A DNA stretch of 64,000 nucleotides from Paraphysomonas bandaiensis (lineage: Eukaryota; Protista; Chrysophyceae): NCBI GenBank assembly GCA_965644295.1, contig CBFFRP010000367.1:31367-95366 (forward strand). Direction: 5' to 3'. The position numbers and the translations under genes are program-made. The notes beneath the pieces are model-generated. The model made no database searches and was not told where the DNA came from. It saw only the letters and a list, made by a program, of their open reading frames with translations. The stretch's first letter is position 1, and every line of letters starts with the position of its first letter. Positions 57,712 to 64,000 of the stretch are shown in pieces.

Positions 57712-60700
57712 TTACACACTTCGTCGGTCTTGCAGTTTTTGCTGTTTCAACTCGGCTTCAATTTCTAATGCTCGTCTCGCACGTGCACGGGTTTCAAGGG
57801 TTGTAGGAGCGTGCAATAGATCTCCTGCACCCTTCATACCGGAATATCGCTGGTCATAAAACTCCGTAAGAGCTCTCTGTTTCTTTGACATGACATCTTG
57901 TTTTTTCTTTTTGACATGCGCCTAAGTAGTGTTATACGTTTACCATTATTGCACAGACAGATACCTCGACAGTACTCTTTGATGGAGGAGTCACACCGTC
58001 CTCAAATGCCGGATCAAAAAACTGGGAGCAAAATACACATACTGGAACAAGATTGAATAAGCTCATTCCAAGGGCCAAGTCGCCGTTAAATTTCGTCACT
58101 AACTTCTCGTCCCATCCACGCCTAAATTCAATCCATAATGACGAAGTTAATCTAGCGCAATCACAAAATAACCTCAGCGTGACGATGTGCTTCAGAATCA
58201 CTTTATTAGTTAAACTTGTCGCCGGAAAGCGATGAAGACAGAGAGAGCAATTCTTCTTGTATGATTCGCTTGTGGATATATCAATGATTTCTTGAGATGA
58301 AACTGACGATGTTGTATCTTCTTGTAACGACTTCAGAAAGGACCCCGAGCCATCAAACAACTTGTCGTAGTCTAATGCTGACGTTTTCGGACGGTTGCGG
58401 TCAGCATTATTGGGGGACTTTTTATTAAACTTCTTGGCTAATTCCACAGCACTCATTGACATACGTTCCAACGGTAACACTGGTTTGGGAGTCGGGGCTA
58501 TTCCTAATGGCGACAAATTTCCTTTGACTTCAAATAATTCCTTCTGATCGGCCAGTCCAAGATTAAGTGTGCTTACAGGTGTCTCGTCAAACGAGACGTC
58601 ACTCAATCGAGTCCTCAGATGTCTCGGGAGCACGTCTACGTCTACTCGCAACGATATGCGGTCAAGTTTATACTGGGAGTGCCCAAAGTTCAAATTGAGT
58701 TTCGCGACGGCTTCGTCCCTGCAATGACAAACATAATAAGAGCAACTAAACAACGAACATGACAAGAAGTACTTGAATTTCTCAGCCAGTGTGAGGGGCT
58801 GATTTTTAGCTCTCTCACGACAGGAGGCAGTGGACGTCCCCAATTGCTCCTGGGAAGATGATTGTTCGAATCCTGGCTCTCCTATCGAGGCCGGAGCAGT
58901 CCATAATATCTGTTTCTTGCTTCTGGATCGCCCAAGTGCGTTTCGCCGACGGCTAGTAGTGGGTGTGTGGACAGGAGAAATCCCGGACAAATCAGCTGTT
59001 CTTGGTGGTCGAGCAGGAGCAGTGCGCATCTGCTGCGGGGTTACAGGCCGATCTCTGGCTGTCTCAACAGAGTCTCCGTGGTGTTCGGAAGTGGCAAAGA
59101 AGTTGCTGTCGTCGTCCAGGTCAGTGCTATCAACGCGGCTACCTAGACGGGACAGCCGCCGGGCGCCGTAATACTCTCCACCATTAGGTGAACTAGGCCG
59201 CGAAGACGGTTGTGATGGGTCATAGTTTTGAGAAGGTGCTCTGGATAGTGTCGGCACGGAGTAGGTACATATTTGATCCCGAAGGACGTCCAGATCCTCA
59301 AAAATGTTAAAAGCAAGTAGAGGAATTTCCTCTATCAAAAACAATTAAACAGACTATTCGCAACTATACCATCCATACCTGGTCTGCCGATGCTAAGAAG
59401 CCACATCACTATGACGAATTGAGACCAGCTACATTCGACCACATGCTCCGTTGTTGTTGAAGCGAGGCTCGTCGATGAATCCACAGATATCGATTTTGGA
59501 GGTTTGCAGTGGTCCTGCGGCAACTCAACTACACTCAAGATGAACACCAACACATTCACACCTTAACAAACTGGCAGACAAGCTGAAAGCTACTTATAGT
59601 TTCATATGCATCTGTGGAGAGAAACATGAATCGGGGGCTGGCCTGCAAGAGACCTATTCCCCCTCCCTGGTCACGTCCCTGAGTCAGCATACCTGCTGCT
59701 TTCACGGCCTGACAAAGATTCATTCATCAGATATATCATCTCATCTAAAGGTACACATGCACACCACCTTCACAAGATTGTCTATGTCGCATCGAGGATG
59801 CGTTTCCATGAGAGCAGCACCATACATATCCTGTGCCCGTACAACGTGGCCCAAACCTCTGCTCTCAGGGCTATTCGGCCGGCCCACACTGCGGCGCATC
59901 AGTGCTGCCGGGGATCGTGGAGGTGAGCTAGACGAATTACTTGTAGTTGAAGCTACAGCAGAATTGAATATCATATCACGCATTGCCACCAGTTCTTCCA
60001 GGGTGAAATGCTTAGAGGCTTCCAAGGCTCGACTTACCCAGTCTTTGACATGACTATTCCAGTTATTGAACTGTGGGACGGAATTAGAAATATTAGTCTA
60101 AACAGCACCACCAACACACTTTGTTGTGAAGTTGTCCTACTGACTCTCCCACTCGTTGAAGAAGCTTCTCAGTTTTCGCTCGCGGTCTAACAGAAGCGGT
60201 AGAGGATGCAGTCTTGCGGTCTGCAAAATATTACAAATAACGCCAATAAGACGATGCAATTACGGTACCCTTGATAGCCTTGCACTTTTTAAAAGTGTGT
60301 GGAGGATAGGCAGCAGTTGAGTCATATCGTATCTGCTCATCCAAGTTTGTAACATCATCAGGATATGGGAGGCTGTCCGAGTCACTCAGTTGTACAGGCT
60401 GTGAATCAGTTAGCAAGATGTCTCCTTGGAATGCCTGAGCCACAACAGAATATAAAAAAGTGGTCAACACAAGGGAAAAAAAGGTTCCACAGAAATCAGT
60501 CGGAAATACCTGGAATTTAGATAGGCAGAGCGTATGGAATCCCCTAATCTGAACCCGAATGGCGCCACCCTTGCTGTCAGGAGGGAGTTCCCAGTACAAA
60601 TTTTCCATCTGAAGTAGGACCATTTTATACTAATTCATTGTAAATAAGGGTAGAATTTCACACACATACCCTAGTTTTCGAGCAGTTCTCCAAGAACAAA

Positions 60701-61682
60701 CGGTGAGAGGCCACAGCTGTGGAGACGATGCTACCAATGACACAGTGAGAACGTTCACAATCCTAATATATGTGGCTTGTACCTGTCGATGAACGGATCC
60801 TCGAAACCAACCGGTCCTTTCAACAAAAGTACCAACACTTCCACCTGCCGATGCCATACGTACTAAGACAAAGCATCACACCTCAATTTTGTCACCTTCT
60901 GTTGCAGAGCGCCTTTAAGAGACATCGACACAGAATGTACATGTATGGTCTTTCCCAGATCCACCTCCCACCACGGATCTGCTTCACGGCGTGTTTTGGA
61001 AGAATTAATATAAGGCGGTTCCAGGGCCAAATGTGGGCCCTGGGAGTCAACTTCATTGCTCTGGTATGCTCGACACCCAACTGCAATGTTTTTACGACTA
61101 ATCGTCGTCGTATACAGTGGCAATTTGGTTTCGTGTTTCGTTATTTGCGGTGCGAACTCAATCTTGTCAGTATCCTAAATTTACCATTAAACCCTTTCCA
61201 TAGAAATAGCAACTCACCACACTGGGGCTAGATGCCTTCGAGAAGAATTGGGTGCAAAATGAGCAGACACAGGAATTTCTGTACAAATACGACGCTGACG
61301 AATACCTAGCGCCTGTCTGAATGTAATTCCAACTCTTTCGTAACTTCAATATTCTGTGATTTGGTACTTTATAGAAAACACTTTTCTTATCAAACCACAT
61401 AGTGCAAAGCTCGCACTGTACTTTGTTCTGAGTTCGATCACTGAATAAAACAAATCATTCCTGTTGACTATAAGCACAAACAATAGAAACCACTTACTAA
61501 GCATATGTGTACGATATATCTTCTATGTTCACTCTACTACCCAGTCCACCATCCACAAGGGGGTACTCCATAGTAAAAGTCTTATTTCCAACTGTGACTT
61601 CATTCCAATCATTGCGATCAGTCCGCTGACCTTTTGCTTGGCGTCGAGCTTGCTCAAGAAGATTACTTGATTTATTCGGCAT
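57712..61682 (-). CDS. Large multi-exon hypothetical protein with an F5/8-type C/fucolectin-like domain and two CxxC...CxxC modules
   Basis: ATG at 61682 (MPNKSS). CELC...VCSFCTQFF; KNIAVGCRAYQS...DPWWEVDLG; second module CSLC...VCVFCSQFF; stop at 57712. The exon chain was only partly traced. Confidence 0.65.
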
Positions 61683-62053
61683 TATGGCTGAATCCAAATG
61701 AAAGAAACAAACGAAAAAGAGACCCACAAAACTACTTAACAAAAATAAAATGAACACAGATACTTTAATTATGAGGGTGAGGTGTGTACCGTGAGGTCTA
61801 GTCGCACTGAAGAACCGTCTTTAGACTATACAAACACAAGATCGACGCATTCAGTTCAGTTCTCTTACAGTTATGTGTACATCGAGCCGCAATTAATATC
61901 AGCAGCTATCAGCAATAAGACATCAGGCCACTCACTGCATTACACCGCACTGTTCTGCACTGTATAGTCAAGTGGGAGTCTTGTGCCTGTTAAACACACT
62001 CACCTCATCGCACTCCCCTCAACACACGAATGAAAAACGGTTGGAGAACTACA

Positions 62054-62074
62054 TACACACACACACACACACAC
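62054..62074. repeat. Short (CA)n microsatellite
   Basis: Seen directly. Confidence 0.9.
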
Positions 62075-62309
62075 TGTATGTGGGATGGTGTATGTGTATG
62101 TATGTATATGGATACAGAGTTCTGTCGAAATACAAAATCAGGGATTTACAGCCCGTGAAAAAACAAATTTCGAAAATATTGACTTTTTCCAGCTCAAAAA
62201 ACCACCTTTATACAGAAATACAGTACTGTATAAACCAACAATAGCAAAACCATGTCGTAGCACTGCACTGCGCTGCTTATTAAACAGTAAGACACTGTGC
62301 TCATATTAA

Positions 62310-63200
62310 CATGGAAGTGAACCTCTAGAGAACTGCTGGAGGCGTGCTATCTGATTGATGCTGATGCCGATTTAGAGAGCGTCGTTGCTGATGCGGAGAC
62401 AGAAGTTCTCAGCGCTGCAGCAGTGGTGTTTCCTCTGTGTGATCCTCTGCTATAGCGGCTCAAATGAAGCTCTTGAGAGCAGAGTAATGTTTGCATGAGA
62501 ATTCGTTCTACAAGAAGTATCTGAAGTGGAGCAGTCTGAGCGATGCTTTGAAAAACATGTCACAGGTCTAGCATCTCGTGCACTAGCTGCGCAGCAAGCA
62601 AATGTCCAGGAGGGGCTTGCCGCGAATACTACAAAGCATGATCGTTGCAGGTACGTCTCTATTTTAAGCATAGTTATTTCTTGTGATAACGTTGTTGTTC
62701 GTAGACTGCTTCATTTAGTGGCAGATCCAGAGGCCCAAGCTTATTTGACTGTACTTGTCCTCTCTTGATCGAACAGTGCTGAATAATCCGAATAGAAAAA
62801 ACCCTCTTGACACTCTGACCCTGATGTTCAACGATCCAGACAATGTTATTATAACTGAGCAGTAAAGTATGAGAATGGCGTCTCACTGGAACTTCACGAA
62901 GGATACGAGCATGTACATTCGAGGACCTACAGTATTATTGTGATCCAACCTGATCAAGCGCTTCGGTACGCCGTTTAGATTTAAAGAACAAGTGAAGAAA
63001 TGAGATCCCGGATGCAGAATGGTTGAACTTCGCATCAAACTATGTTTATGCAATCACACTGTTTAGTCGAGGGATATTGGAGTATTTTGGTATATGTATC
63101 CACACGCAGTACCTACCTGGAGTATCAGAACAAGAATTGCCAATTTATTGTTACGTAAGACTGGTGATGACGATGATGGTATGTTTGAATTGGACATTGC
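62310..63200 (+). pseudogene. Probable decayed intron-containing gene, function unknown
   Basis: Coding-like pieces (RCFEKHVTGLASRALAAQQ, RLLHLVADPEAQAYLT, NPLDTLTLMFNDPD) separated by GT-AG introns but with in-frame stops. Confidence 0.35.
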
Positions 63201-63680
63201 ACACCACATGCTTTCAAGAAAGAAGTATAATGATTAATCTGAACGCTTTACAACATAATCGTATAACATCTTGTGAACTTCTGTGCTCATAACTCTCTTC
63301 AGTTGCACAATATATACCATATCATACTGCAACTCAACATAAGAAATAATACATCTCATACCGAATTAGTTTTTACAACAGACGATTGCAATATTTACCC
63401 GTCACAAATGCATACAGTGGTCGACGAATCCCAAGGCTATCAATATCTTCAGTAAGACTTCTGAGGAACACAAGCTTGAGGTCCGATAGGATCTAGGTTA
63501 CCGGGGTTCGTCCATGTCTTCGAAATCTTCTAAATTCCTCTCCGGAATTAATTCATTCCCATATGGCACTGGTCAAAAATTTATAAAATCAGTGATTATT
63601 TTCAATATACTGTATTTTTCTCTACCCTCTCTCTACAAGTAGGACTACATTTGCAGCAAAAATATCCCGGAAATTACAAT

Positions 63681-63800
63681 CAGGCTTGCGTAACAATTAA
63701 TTGGTGACAGGTGTCCAACAATAATAATTGCAATTATTAATCAAGCATACAATTTTGACAATGCAATTAATTGGCAATAATTGCCAATTAATTGCCTTTA
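63681..63800 (+). mobile_element. Putative hAT-type element end with CAATTAATTG subterminal repeats
   Basis: CAGGCTTGCGTAACAATTAATTGG followed by repeated palindromic CAATTAATTG; no partner end inside the window. Confidence 0.45.
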
Positions 63801-64000
63801 ATTCTATTGATAGATTTTAGAACTATAATCTCATCCCAAAGAAACATTAACATTTTCATGCAGAAAATTCAACATTATTTCAAGGTGTCTAGGTGTCATT
63901 CTCTTGCAAAAATCTAGTTATAACAATCTGAGCTCTGCTAAAAACAACCTCTCACAAACATTGGTAGTGCTATACAAATACTTCATGCAACGATATCGTG

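Noticed and set aside
1-64000. CRISPR array, Fanzor/TnpB locus, tRNA or rRNA genes
   Set aside because: No regularly spaced repeat-spacer array, RuvC ORF or cloverleaf was recognised by eye.

Overview
Gene-dense eukaryotic DNA with short (~45-65 nt) GT-AG introns. It is most likely from a flagellated stramenopile/ochrophyte; this is inferred from the axonemal dynein, CFAP418, a signal-peptide-bearing coproporphyrinogen oxidase and oomycete/ochrophyte-type hAT transposase motifs. Housekeeping genes: outer-arm dynein heavy chain (runs off the left edge), LAMTOR2, CPOX, CFAP418, p23, an HROB-like gene, DUS2 and MPS1/TTK. Three accessory systems stand out. (1) A ~515-bp non-coding retroposon family with about 9 full or partial copies. 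Its 5' end folds like an HDV-type ribozyme, its 3' part carries a covarying three-way junction, and two copies show target-site duplications; one copy interrupts a hAT transposase ORF. (2) Two intronless paralogues with a putative MLKL-like N-terminal helical domain fused to ARM repeats: a 3407-aa form with an added SAM-like domain and triplicated ARM modules, and a 983-aa form. These are a candidate innate-immune/cell-death receptor pair. (3) A tandem pair of secreted kelch-like propeller genes whose differences are concentrated in the predicted ligand-binding loops. hAT MITEs, hAT and pogo relics, a bacterial-like cupin with an intron, and a 280-bp (TATG)n tract are also present. All domain and fold calls were made by eye; no searches were run.
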